From: a virus
Lineage: Duplodnaviria > Heunggongvirae > Uroviricota > Caudoviricetes
Strand: one strand, 5' to 3'
Length of the DNA: 15,546 nt
IMG/VR virus record: IMGVR_UViG_2541047895_000009
Coordinates: 1 to 15,546 of that record
A program made the position numbers and the translations under genes. Under the pieces are notes generated by a model. The model was not told where the DNA came from and made no database searches. It saw only the letters and a list, made by a program, of their open reading frames with translations. Positions 15,214 to 15,546 of this stretch are shown here, one piece after another (positions within the stretch are counted from its first letter, which is position 1; each line of letters begins with the position of its first letter).

Positions 15214-15546
15214 TTAAACGATGCTGATTGCCGTTCCGGCAAACGCGGTCCGTTTTTTCGTCTCGTCGCTGGCAGCATCCGGCCAGAGCACATCCTCATA
15301 ACGGAACGTGCCGGACTTGTAGAACGTCAGCGTGGTGCTGGTCTGGTCAGCAGCAACCGCCAGAATGCCAACAGCAGCACCGTCAGTGGTGCCATCCCAC
15401 GCAACCAGCTTACGGGTGGAGGTATCCGGCATCAGCGGGGTCATTGCAGGCGTTTTCGCACTCAATCCGCCGGGCGCGGTTGCGGTATGAGCCGGGTCAC
15501 TGTTGCCCAGCGGCTGGTAATGGGTAAAGGTTTCTTTGCTCGTCAT
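15214..15546 (-). CDS. D: head decoration protein D
   Basis: 110 aa, [27 protein letters not shown]...[11 protein letters not shown], matches lambda gpD. The start codon is the last three bases of the window. Confidence 0.93.
   Translation of the reverse strand: MTSKETFTHYQPLGNSDPAHTATAPGGLSAKTPAMTPLMPDTSTRKLVAWDGTTDGAAVGILAVAADQTSTTLTFYKSGTFRYEDVLWPDAASDETKKRTAFAGTAISIV

Noticed and set aside
15228-15527. 99-aa plus-strand ORF antisense to D
   Set aside because: It is the antisense shadow of the well-supported D gene, with a Gln/Pro/Arg-rich low-complexity translation.

Overview
This window is the late (head/tail) region of a defective lambda-like prophage on the minus strand (D, E, FI, FII, Z, U, V), disrupted twice. 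An IS3-family element (1-662) truncates major tail gene V. An ~11.4 kb integrase-bearing element (about 3498-14918) sits inside major capsid gene E at codon ~82, flanked by an imperfect att-like repeat with a shared TGCTT core. The element has a P4/PICI-like satellite backbone: P4-type tyrosine integrase, AlpA, a run of small ORFs, P4-alpha-type primase, an iteron-rich putative origin and an SSB. Unusually, it also carries its own divergent E-like capsid and D-like decoration genes, a second AlpA-like gene and an I-like tail-assembly gene. Two AT-rich cargo loci are the best candidates for an undescribed defence/toxin system: a small ORF plus Abi_C (HEPN-like) protein next to attL, and a ribbon-helix-helix protein plus a 241-aa unknown protein next to alpA/int. 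All homology calls are from reading the translations against remembered lambda, P4 and SSB sequences; no database search was possible.
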